Below the pieces are notes generated by a model, which saw only the letters and a program-made list of their open reading frames with translations, did not search any database and was not told the DNA's origin. Shown here piece after piece: positions 1 through 11,933 of a stretch of DNA of 64,000 nucleotides. The stretch's first letter is position 1. Every line of letters begins with the position of its first letter. The position numbers were made by a program, and so were the translations under genes. Source of the stretch: Octopus sinensis (Eukaryota); assembly GCF_006345805.1 (NCBI RefSeq), contig NC_043000.1, positions 39,370,001-39,434,000 of the forward strand, in the 5' to 3' direction.

Positions 1-218
1 ACTGGCCAGAATGGAGCAGTCTCGAGAATAACCAAGACGAAACTGCAAAGATAATCTGGAACTCGACTGATGAAAGGAAACTCTGAGAGACCGTCCTTGC
101 TTCTTCTTACCCCTTTTTATATCGTCCAACTGTCTGGAGGTTTTGTCGTCGCCTGTTGCGTTCTTGTCCCATTTTTGTAGTCTTTATATATATATATCGC
201 GGCGTACATACACTTTAG

Positions 219-256
<38 letters not shown>

Positions 257-257
<1 letters not shown>

Positions 258-1980
258 CCATAATATAAATTGGACATGGGTGAGCGTTGTATTCTTTTTG
301 TCTTGAGGTTAACAGCCAAACGTCTGAGTGGATTCGCGTGAAAATGGCACAGATGTGGAGACGGCTACAATGATTGGAATGCCGTTTGTATTTTTTCCTA
401 TCTCCCATAGTTACCGAGAAAATCGATTAAAACTTTTCTAATGGAATTCCCACGCCAACATACATAACCTCTCTCTCCTTTTCTCTGTTACTCACTCACA
501 CATTCTCTCATTACAACAAGTGAATAACGAAATTTCAGTTACCTCTCTCACCCATATCGCATCAAACACACACACACACAAACACACGCTCTCCCTCTCT
601 CCCTCTCACACACACACACTCACACACTCTCTCTCTCTCTCATACACGAATACGCACGCATATCAGTTCTTTCGCTTCACGCCAACTTCAAAGGAACTTC
701 ACTCATACAAACGCCCTGTATCTATCTGTTTCGCTTTCACGGTGGCTTCAAAAGATCCCCTTTCCACCCCTCCGGCATTAACCCAAACTACCACCTGCTG
801 ACTGCAAAAATCCCGCCAAATTAGCCGAAAACACACACACACACACACATACAAACACACATGTCCATTTCATATATTTTCTTTAAATTTCTGCTCTTTT
901 GATTACACAGAAGTCCAATACAATATCTCTCAGCTACATTTCGTTCTCTAAAGAAGGTAAGGTCTATTTTTCCTGTAAGCGTATACCAATGACTTCTTCA
1001 ATAATTTTCCACTTAACTTTTATCTTTACTTTTCTTAAATTGGATACGTCTGCTATTAAGTTGCAGAACTTTGGCAGTATAGTTAAAAATCATTTCTGCT
1101 TTATTTCTTACATACAATTTGTAAATTCTTACAGCTTCATTTTTTGGTGATGATTGAAATTTCAAACATTTTCTAACTTTTAAAGCAATTCTTAACGTCA
1201 ACTTCTTAATGCCTCTTCTAGTTTTTCATAGCACCCATACTTACCGAGAAAATCGATTAAAACTTCTTACCCTCTTTGTTCCCTCATTAAAACAATCAGT
1301 TGCTCACACAGCCGCCATATACCATTCCGCTAGCAACTAGGGGACTACAAGATGAGTCAGCCAAAACTTTCCCTATGCTGTCTCTCTTCTTTCACCTCTT
1401 TGTGAGGTTAATTATCTTCATCTTTAGTTAGTTTCTCGTTCAAACTACATATTACGCACAATTACCGGATTAATACAGTAGGTTGTTTTGAGGGAGATTT
1501 CGCTGCTATTTCTACCAGGTCTACCTACCATGTTCACGCCTAAACTTCATTTTCATTCACAAATTTGCATTTCAAAAATTTCACATAATCTTCTCCGTAA
1601 ATTAACTATCGTAAAACTGTTCTACCATGACCTCATATTTTCTATGTATATGTGTGTACCTTAAAAGACGTGATAAGAAAGAGGTCCAATAGAATAGTTC
1701 TCACAAACAGATTACGTACATATTCTTTCTTCACAACACCTGAAGCTGTTTTCTGCGAAGATATTTTAATTTTCACTTGTCTGAGTATTGTTATTACAGA
1801 CAAATTAACAACAATTGCACTCCAGAGATAAACACAAACCACCTCGTGCTGACTGCACAAATCCCGCCAAATTAGCCGAAATGATAAGGTTGAGAAACGC
1901 TGTTACAGATTATGCCTAACCAAAAACGATCACACCCACATCATCCAAACAGACCGGGTGAAACCGGGATTAACTGCTAG
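257..1980 (+). mobile_element. Non-autonomous Helitron
   Basis: 5' A|TC(CATAATATAAA) next to (TA)n; 3' hairpin accgggtgaaaccggg followed by CTAG|T at 1977-1981; internal duplications at ~411/1241 and ~797/1847. Confidence 0.7.
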
Positions 1981-2131
1981 TATATATATAAATTAGAGAA
2001 AAACCACTATTAGGTAATTAAAAAATGATAGACATAAACCATATCATATACAAAAAATAAAATATATTATAAAGCATATATTTAGATCACAAAAAGTACT
2101 TAATAATGAATAAATATTATATAAATAAAAA

Positions 2132-2233
2132 GACTACGTATGTTTCGTGGCTATAACTTCAATTCGAATTACAATTAAATTTAGATTTAATCCATAAACA
2201 ATTAAATTTGAAAGTATAGTCACTCCTCAGGTC
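2132..2233 (-). ncRNA. Type I hammerhead ribozyme motif
   Basis: Reverse strand reads gac CUGAGGA gtgactata...(long hairpin)...tatagccac GAAA CATACG UA gtc. Core boxes are intact and stems I-III can pair. Confidence 0.7.
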
Positions 2234-2809
2234 AACAATAATAACAATAATAGTTAAATAAATACATATTCTAAATAAATAATAAAATAGAATTAAACAA
2301 TATTTCTTAAAGAAATAATAACATGATTTTCCTTATAGAAGAAACTCCGTTAACTAAATTTGAAACTTAAAAAGCTGGACCAGGTGTCTATAATACATTT
2401 ATCATATTAGAAACCTAAGGTAAAAAAAATAGAGTAAATATATAGAAATATGTATTTTAGCTTTGAGAATAATTTTAACAAACTATAGTACATCTTTACT
2501 GGAAAAATATAAGAGACCAATTAATTAAAATAAAAATACTTAAAATAAATCATTTACTTAAGTTAAGCTAAATTACTATAATTTAATATATATTTATCAA
2601 TTAAATACATTATATATTAATTTATTAATTAAATAAACATCTATACAAAACATGTGTAGACTTATAATATATCTTATATCAACAACGTTGCAGTCACAAC
2701 CCTTCAATAGTATTTTGTATATTTTTCAACAATATATTCACAAATAATTTAAATTTATTATACAAGTAAATTAATTTATGTCTAGAACTAATATTTACTC
2801 ATTGATAAA

Positions 2810-4200
2810 ATAAACAAAGTACTTATTATTATTATTATTGTATTCAATAGTATATAAAGAAAAAAATATTTTAAAATTCACTACCTATACTATAATATTT
2901 TACGTTATAAACTATTTCACAAAGCAACCACAAATAATACTTTTAGATTTTAGTTCATATATAATAATAAGAATAATTAAATGAAAATACGTATCTTAAA
3001 TTATAATTAACAAAAAAAAATTAGAAATACATATTTAATCAATTATCATATAAATTTCTCCATTATTTCTTAAATAAAATGCATACTTATTTTTTCGAAG
3101 ATATTTATGAACTAAAATATATTTTAAATTAAAAACATATAACTTAGCGTTTATATGTCTAGATCTAATATTTCGCTTATTAAGGGAATAACAAAGTACT
3201 TATTATTATTAAATTCAATAGTACAAAAAATAAAACTTTTATATTTTATTTTACAAACTATTTCACAAAGCAACTACACTTAATGCTTTAAGATCATAGC
3301 TCACATACAATAATTATAAAAATAAGAATAATTTTAAAAAATGTACGTATCTAAATTATAATTAACAAAACATAAAAATGTAAAGAATTAGAAATCACTA
3401 TTTTTTCATTCAATAAGCATATAAGTTATGTATTTATCTTTTCGAAGATATTTAAAAACTAAAAATGTATTAGCGTTCTTAAAAAATGTACATATTATTA
3501 TTATTAAATTCAATAGTAGAAAAAGAAAAACACTTTTCACTACCTATACCATAATATTTTACGTTACAATCTATTTCACCAATCAATCGCACTTAATACT
3601 TTTAGATTTTAGTTCACATATAATAATTATAATAATAAGAATAATTAAATAAATGTAAGTATCTAAATTATAATTAACAAATAAAGCAATTAGAGATCCA
3701 TATTTTTTCAATCAATAAACATATAAATAAATAAATTACACCATTATTACTTAAATAAATATTATACTTATCTTTCCGAAGATATTTATGAAATAAAAAA
3801 TAAAAAATTTCAAAACTAAAAACGTATTACTTAGCGTTTATAAATTTATTTGTGAAGAAAGTATTTATTATTATTAAATTCAATAGTACAAAATATAAAA
3901 ACTTTACACTACCTATCCTGAAATTTTACGTTACAGTCTAATTCACAAAGCAAACAAACTTAATGCTTTTAGATTTTAGTTCACATATAATAATTATAAT
4001 AATAAGAATAATTAAATAAATGTACGTATCTAAATTATAATAAACAAATTTAAAAAAATTAGAAATCCATATTTTTCAATAAATAATCATATAGATTACG
4101 CTATTATTTCTTCAATAAATTGTATACTCATCTTTCTGAAGATATATTATGAACTAAAAATTTCAAAACTAAAAACGTATTACTTAGTGTCTATAAATTT
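2810..4200. repeat. Diverged AT-rich tandem repeat, ~350 bp x ~4
   Basis: Marker gaagatat recurs near 3097, 3444, 3779 and 4138; ttagattttagttca-like blocks near 2943, 3290, 3602 and 3969. Confidence 0.75.
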
Positions 4201-4631
4201 ACTCGTGAAGATGTGGCTTAAATAAATAGAACAAACGGATAGAAACATGCATTTTATCAATGAAAACTATACATATATATCCTAATAGGATCTTCACAAA
4301 ACTTTAATGAAACTAAAAAATTGATTAAAACGTCCAATGGTTATAGGGATATCAGAGTGTATCATGTTTATTTACACTCCTTCATTGTTATAGTATTCGT
4401 CATTATGATATCCGCTTTTCATTACTACATCGTCACCACCACCTCCACCACGACCACCATTGCTGCTGCGAAGAAATTACACAATGTGTATGTTTTTGTG
4501 TGTGTTTGTGTGTGAGTGTGTGTGTGTGTGTACGTATGTACGTATATCAACAGGAAATTGAATATTCTTCGGTATACACACACGCACGCACATACACACG
4601 TACGCACACCCACGCACATACACATAGACAC

Positions 4632-4673
<42 letters not shown>

Positions 4674-4772
4674 TTCGACCCAAGAGCAGAGATTTCACAG
4701 TTCGCTTTTCCTTCGACAGGTATACACCAAGCACAAAATTTCTCTGTTGAAGATACTACAACCGCCAACAAA

Positions 4773-4931
4773 ATGATTTCTGCTTCAAAACCACGAGATT
4801 CTCTTGCCAAATTCCACCAGAAACTCGGCACTCCTCTGATTCTGGTCGGTGTGATGTTTGTTATGATGACTGTAACTTACTTCCATCAGACTTCACGTAT
4901 ATCAGAGTTAGAGAAAAGAGCCATTCCACAG
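4773..4931 (+). CDS. Probable N-terminal coding exon (signal anchor / type II TM segment) of the C4-like gene
   Basis: ATG at 4773; MISASKPRDSLAKFHQKLGTPLILVGVMFVMMTVTYFHQTSRISELEKRAIPQ has basic residues followed by a hydrophobic stretch. Polypyrimidine acceptor ttcgcttttccttcgacAG ends at 4719; strong donor CAG|GTAAGA at 4931/4932 (phase 0). Linkage to downstream exons is inferred. Confidence 0.6.
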
Positions 4932-5109
4932 GTAAGATTATTTGCTTTATACGTACTCTACGTCGAATTATCAAAGGTAGGATGGGGTTTATGCAATCTG
5001 TGAACAGAATTATTGATTGATAGGATGTGAACTGAACATTAAGAATACTTAACAAATACGTTTGATTTGATATTGTGGGAGCACAAATCACTATAATATA
5101 TCCGAGGCA

Positions 5110-5636
5110 ACCAGAATAGATCAAGACTCATCAATTTTTTTACGGTGGGTCAGGTAACTGAGAGAATGACGAGCGCGGACCACATAACCATTTTGTTTAA
5201 TACAAAACAGTGAATACGCAAAAAATAGAGACAATGAACATATTTACCAACAAGTTATCAAAGGCGATGTTAAGCAATAAGATAGTTATATCACACCCAG
5301 TGCGCACATATCCGAATTTCACAAACTAAGAGCAAAAAAGATTAGTGAGATTTGTGAAATTGGTGTTTAGCTTTTAAGATATCATCAATATTTACTTTGG
5401 AATTGCGGCATCCAACCAAGAATATTGATTTCAAATGTTCTTTAGTCAACCTCGTTTGATGTGCTGACTTCACATGTTTCATTTTTTAGAATGCTTGCTC
5501 ACAGACATAAGTTGTTCCAAAAACTGATGCCAAATCAGAGCCAAATGAACTCTCATTGCAGGTACTTACACAAAAGGTATAAGGCGACGCGAGCCGGATG
5601 AACTGATTTCGCGGGCCGTAGTTTGGTGACCCCTGC
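5110..5636. mobile_element. Decayed hAT-type (Charlie/Buster-like) non-autonomous element
   Basis: Right terminus cgcgggccgtagtttggtgacccctg is typical of hAT ends; left end is degenerate. Confidence 0.45.
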
Positions 5637-6047
5637 GATAGATTGTTGATACATTTATGGATTTCTTACAACTACAAATAATATATACACTTACTAGCAC
5701 TAACACCAAGTATAATGATCATAATCCCACACACGAACAATAATCCGTAGACTCAGCCATCATCACTAAGTTCACGAATGGTAATCTAGTCCTGAGGTTT
5801 TGATTAGGAATTTGTCTGCTTGTATTATTACTATTCCCAAGAACCTATTACTATCGGAATTGTTTCTGTTTTCAGTCCCTACACAGTTGTTATATCCATT
5901 TACAGATAATTTTCTATGAATAATTTCTCTAGAGTTATGAGAGATATTTTATTGTCTTTTGAAATATCCATTTTAGTACCTGTGACGATAATATCGAGCG
6001 AATTATCGTTGATCTCCATGTCTGCATGGATTAGCATATCCAGTGTA

Positions 6048-6273
6048 CAGTAATCCCTCACCACATCGCGGTTCACCAATCGTGGCTTATTATTCTAGCT
6101 TACGTCGATTCCTACGTGGTGTTGTTTTGCATAAAATAAATATATATAAATTATAAAAATAATGAAAAAATATACAGTACAGCATTATTTCTACTTTCTA
6201 TACAGTACAGTATTATTTCTACTATCACAGTGAAGTTTGGATCGTAACACCTGCGATAGTGGAAGAATTATTG
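6048..6273. mobile_element. pogo/Tigger-like MITE
   Basis: TA|CAGTAATCCCTCACCACATCGCGG ... CTGCGATAGTGGAAGAATTATTG|TA: imperfect TIRs with TA target duplication. Confidence 0.65.
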
Positions 6274-7461
6274 TATTTCATAAAGCTGCCATAATTTCCA
6301 GAGTATAAAATAAAATGCCATTTTTTTATATCCACATATATATGCCCGTTGGCTAAGTCTGGCTAGCTAGAGATGATGTGGTCAATTTTTGTCTTCCTAA
6401 ACCTCCACATAATCCCGCATTTAATGCAATCTGCTTCATTACATCCATCCTACATTTTATTTTCAACTTCTAAGCCCACACGATTTTACTCTTTATCTAT
6501 CTATTGTCATACTGTGGATATTGCCAACATACGGGTTCTTTCTTTCTTGCTAGGCACAATTTTAGATGAGGTTTATAACTTGCTCCAATTTTTGTTTTAT
6601 GTCCCCTTTTCTCCTCGCAGCTGTCTCTCACATCTCTTTTTTTTAATTGTTAGGCTCCTGAAAATATATTTTGCTAGTGTTTTGTATTTATTTTTGTAAT
6701 TAATTTCCATTATTCTATATAATATAGATTATGAACATCTTATAATAGACTTCTGGCTGTGTTAGATTCCCACTCCTCTGCATTAACGATAAATATAATA
6801 ATTGTGTGATAGGTTATGACTGATGCATTCTAAATGCAGTCATTATTTTTTCCCTTTAATTGTTGGAAATTTTCCCTTTAATAGTTGGATATTCGGCAGA
6901 AATTACTTTAATCATGCTGCAAACACAGGTGGGGTACAGTATTAATTTATAAGCCTTTAATACACGTGGTAGATTATTCTGGTTGCTTAAGGAAATGCGG
7001 CGTCCATACCAGCAATTAATATGTACGTACCAGTTGCCAGAAATGTGTTTATTAGGTGAGATTCTTCCATCCAATTGTGCTACACTGCTATATCTGGTGG
7101 CTATTTAAGCAAAATGTTCCAAAATGGCTAACATCTTGGATGTGGTGTTAAACAAGGAGCTAGAACGCCTGGAATTATGCATATACACACATTACTTTGT
7201 TTACATAGACCTATTTGTATAAGAGACGTCGTTACTTTCAGTGTGGGCTCTAATTTCTACAGAAAATCTTTAAAAATAAATTTAAAAAGTATTTTTCCCC
7301 TGTTTAGTCTTGATGACCACATGGAGCAGTGCCCTGTGACTCCTATAGAATGCACAACCGTAGCCCAAAGGCGTATCTTATGGGACGACCTAGTTGAGAA
7401 GAAATTTAGTCTTGCTCGTATGTTCAGTGTTTTGCTGAGAAGATTAAAACTGGTTTATATA

Positions 7462-7506
<45 letters not shown>

Positions 7507-7514
7507 ATATATAA

Positions 7515-7706
7515 CTAATGTAGGATAAAATGTTTTCGGGAAAAAAATTTCATCAATGGCCAGCATATCAAAAAATACCTTTAAAGGTTAAATTGATAAA
7601 TAATTTACAATATAAGGGCAAAAGAAAATTCTAATGGTTAATTGACAATTTTTGTCTTTTTTTCCTCATATTTGGCATTAGAATTTTTCTTTTGCCCTTA
7701 TATTGT

Positions 7707-7712
<6 letters not shown>
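7515..7712. repeat. PLE-type terminal fragment with short inverted repeat
   Basis: Arms ~7602-7634 and ~7675-7711; same family as 10205-10812; flanked by (TA)n. Confidence 0.6.
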
Positions 7713-7764
<52 letters not shown>

Positions 7765-7960
7765 ATAATATATATATATATGTGCGTACATGTGTGTATA
7801 CACAAACACATACACACAACATGCATATCTGATATCAAAATACGATTTCTATGTAATTTCAGACTATACCTACACCTACACCAAGTGTCGGTAAGTTTTG
7901 CATTTTAATGGCCATTATATTCACACCTGTCTTGATTTGTACACGTATTATAAACTGTTT

Positions 7961-8004
<44 letters not shown>

Positions 8005-8581
8005 ATATTTTCTTCGCAGAGAGGAAATTAAAGAAATGGCTATTTCTTGTTTTGTTGCTTACTCTTCAGCGGGAAAGTAAATCTTCCCTGCAAATACTGC
8101 TTGGCCACAACATTTTATGAGTCGTCGCTCACTTCCTACTTGGTCCTGGAACATCCCATAACTTCCCCAAGCATTCTCTTAATTCCAGTCCCTTCTGGAT
8201 CATAGTCGTTTCATTCTTCTCTTTATCCAGCCTGGACTATTCGAATGTTATTGCTTCCGTTGAAACACCTGTCTCTTTCTCTACAACACCACTCATCTAC
8301 CCAGCCCCAACTCTTCCTTCCATATCACTTACCACTTCCCCTGTGCTACAAACAACGTTACATACTACACGTAGTACAAAGAAGTCTGCGTTGTAGTATG
8401 CAGTGTCCGGTTGGAGATTGGCACACTGTTTTGAAGAGAATCTTTCGAACATCTGACACAACTTTAAATAGTATCTCAACATTTCTAATCTGTCCGTACA
8501 CATAGCTGCACGCACACACATATATACATATACATAGACACACACATGCATAATACAAACATACATACATACATACATACA

Positions 8582-8677
<96 letters not shown>

Positions 8678-8781
8678 ATATATATATATATATTATATAT
8701 ATTGATAGAAATGGTAAGACAACAAAACAATGAAAAATACCTCGATATTATGTAAATTGAGGAATTTATCTGTAAATATAA

Positions 8782-8895
8782 TGTGACAATTATTCGGTAG
8801 CCATGTTAAAACTCCGAGTTTCGGATGGTGGTGTTGGTTTCCGCCCCGACATCCGAAACTCGGAGTTTTATCATGGCTACCGAATAATTGTCACA
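8782..8895. repeat. 46-bp-arm inverted repeat carrying the HHR 3' half in each arm
   Basis: Arms 8782-8827 and 8850-8895 differ at one position; each contains GAAA CTCGGAG TT. Confidence 0.85.
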
Positions 8896-9399
8896 CATAT
8901 ATATATATATTCACTCTTCCCCCTTCGGCAGCGATGTATATAATGGAACACTGCAGACATTATATCTTCGAAAATCTAGAATGCAGTGTTAGGTACGGTA
9001 GCAGACCATTTAGTCTTTAATTGTTTCGCATTAAAACTTGCTTATATTTATAAAATATTCAGGACATTTGGAACTAAGCATATAGAAAACATTTACTGAT
9101 GGCAACTGAGCGCTGCCACGCTCGAATTAATTCAGTATGAGAACTCAAAACAAAGAGGATCCAATTAATGTTAAAATCAGAATGGAGTACGTAGAGTAAG
9201 AATACACATGATAAGTACATGTGTTTCCCAGAAATTCCAGCATACTATCATGGGTTGGTATGTTTTGATTTCTGCTTTCTCTGTAGTTCTTGTTCAGCGC
9301 AAATGATAGAGATGTTATCTCCCAAAGACAAGGAAAAGGAGCTCGACGAATCACTGTCTGTACTCCGCTGGCTTCTCTTGGAGTTTGGTGTATTATTAT

Positions 9400-9631
9400 G
9401 CACAAAGATAAATTTATTTTCTCGACGGGATACCGGTCCGTTGCAGGTGAGCTGCTAGATGCAGGAAAGAAGAGAGAAAGTTGGGGCGAAACAGTCAGCA
9501 AAAGTTCGTTATACCTTCTGCCAGAGCCGCGTGGAGCTTAGTTGTTTCGCTCATCGCCCGTCTGAGTTTCGAACCAGCGATCCCTCGATCGCGAATCCGC
9601 TGTTCTAACCCCTAGGCCATGTGACTCCACG
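9400..9631 (-). mobile_element. tRNA-derived SINE
   Basis: A box TGGCCTAGGGG and B box GGTTCGAAAC; body cctgcaacggaccggtatcccgtc resembles the V-SINE central domain. Confidence 0.7.
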
Positions 9632-10299
9632 TTATTACTTCTATTTAAATTTTTTTAATAACTCAAAATATTTTTGGCACTTTAAAAAGATTCATTTAAA
9701 AAATTTTTAATTAATAATTAGAAATTTGAAAAAATTTATAAATTGATTAATACAAAAATTAGTTATACGTTAAAGTAAAATTCACAGTACAATTTGCTTG
9801 AGTTATTGCCACGGCTTCACATTTAGTCTTGACCCAATGCCTATTTTTTGCATATTGAATTTGCCTACCAAATATACTATTCTACTTTGCTTAAAACTTT
9901 AGCTTTTTTCGTACTTCTGACTCGTACTTCTTTTAGTATTCTAGTGTGTGAATATTTTAACAAAATGATGGTACCTTTTTTAATTATAATGTTACTTTGA
10001 AAATTAAAATCAAATAATTTTTAGTATTCAAATTTTATCCTTAGCTGCATTATTTTAAGCAAACATTTTGAAGAGTTTTTATTCGAATGGATCCATACAT
10101 ACATACATACATACATACATACATACATACATACATACATACATACATACATACATACATACATACTTGTATATATATATATTATATATATATATATATA
10201 TATAATGTAAGATAAAATTTTCTTTAAAAAATTTTTTCGAAAAAATTTTACCAATGGCCAGCATATTAAAAAATACCTTTAAAGGTTAAATTTATACAC

Positions 10300-10810
10300 A
10301 ATTCATAAATAAGGGCAAACGAAAGAATTTCTAATGCCAAATATGCCGAAAAATTGGACATGTTGTCCATAAACCATATAATTTTTCCCAATACGCACGC
10401 TACTCGAAAAAATGTCGACAGAAATTTCTAAAATATTCCATTATTACCATATCGGACCGATTTCAGGGTTAGCTCATAAGAGCCCTCCCTTCGTCAGTGA
10501 TAAATGTGGCAAAAGAAATAAATGAGATACTTACTCATACCCATGGAAGAAGCAAACACTAAGTCATGAGCACAATTAAGTACCCAAAATACATCCAAAA
10601 TAGAAATACTCCAGCCCATTCGAGACACGTGCGATTTGAACAGAGGCCCTCACAGAGTGAGAAAGTCCGGAAGTGAATTTTTAGAAATTTCTGTCGACCT
10701 TTTTTCGAGTAGCGTGCGTATTGGGAAAAAATTATATGGTTAATGGACAACATGTCCAATTTTTCGGCATATTTGGCATTAGAAATTTTTTCGTTTGCCC
10801 TTATTATGAA

Positions 10811-10812
<2 letters not shown>
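10300..10812. repeat. PLE-type inverted terminal repeat (~135-bp arms) enclosing an HHR
   Basis: Arms ~10300-10435 and ~10675-10812 are near-perfect reverse complements; flanked by (TA)n. Confidence 0.85.
10450..10502 (-). ncRNA. Minimal type I hammerhead ribozyme motif
   Basis: Reverse strand reads tatca CUGACGA aggg-ag-g-gctc ttat gagc-taa-ccct GAAA UCGG UC cgata. Intact core, GUC cleavage triplet, near-palindromic stem III. Confidence 0.75.
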
Positions 10813-10882
<70 letters not shown>

Positions 10883-10941
10883 TATATATATGCGTGTGTG
10901 TGTGTTGTGTGTGTGTGTGTGTGTGTGTACATATATATAAA

Positions 10942-11811
10942 CGATGTGCGGGATAAACTTGACCGCATTTTGTGTTTCTAGTTTTCACGGACCGCCTGAT
11001 ATATTGATGAACAGTCAACGGCATTGAAGGGCATAATTATTAAAGCTGTAGTCAAGAAATCGTTATCTGACATAGAGTACTGGAAACCATCGAATATTGG
11101 AAAAGAGTTTTTTTATTATGATGAGTGGCGCCGAGTATCAAAATACTGACATCATGATTCTTGCTCGGTGCTCTATGAACATTGAAGGGCAGTGAGGCGT
11201 GGCATGGACAGCCGCAACGGAGAGTACGAACCATGACCAGCAGGAAGGGAGACATCAGGTGTTCTCAGTGCGTCCACGCACCGGGATTTATACCCACATC
11301 TTTGAGCAAAACATTAGACTGAGTCCAAAGGGCCATGTGAAGCTGTTAGAGACTGTGGTCAAATCCTTGTGAAAGAGGGTAGCTGCTGCAAGGTCATATG
11401 TGTGTGGAAACATGATTCAGTTCCATGCCATATCTCCAGAAAGAGTCCGAAGAGCTTGTCGGAGAATTTCTATGACCTCATCAGCCCCAATTTCTGGCCT
11501 CCTAACCTCCCCGATTGTAATCCCTTTACTTTTGAGTGGGGCACGGTTGAGAATCACGCCAACCATGCTGCTTGCAATACCACTGCGGAGCTGGTGACCA
11601 AGATCAAGGAGATGTTGCAAACTCCTCCCAGGGACACAGTGAGCAATGCATGCGTCAGCATCCGGAGCCTTGTTGAGGTCGTGGTGGAAGATGAGGAGGA
11701 GGAAGGTACTTTGAGAAAACCTTATTATAAAAATGATATATTTTGGTCTTAACAATTGTTTTAGTTTTGGATATTTTGCGAAAACCTTCAAACTTAGTCC
11801 GATCACATACG
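10942..11811 (+). mobile_element. Decayed Tc1/mariner-superfamily transposon
   Basis: ORF 11369-11752 has HDSVPCH...FWPPNLPDCNPFTFEWGTVE (degenerate QDxAPxH and WPPxSPDxNPxD motifs); weak TIR similarity at both ends. Confidence 0.75.
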
Positions 11812-11886
11812 CACACGCACACGTATGCAAAACACACACGCACACATGAAAACAGACGTGCACATAGATTATACATATATGTCACA

Positions 11887-11930
<44 letters not shown>

Positions 11931-11933
<3 letters not shown>

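Noticed and set aside
8100-8500. GC-richer stretch that may be a decayed retroelement coding fragment
   Set aside because: No recognisable motif in any frame by eye; left unannotated.
9560-9631. Possible tRNA genes here and at ~25830-25878
   Set aside because: A/B boxes run into SINE bodies and no complete cloverleaf is evident; called as SINE heads.
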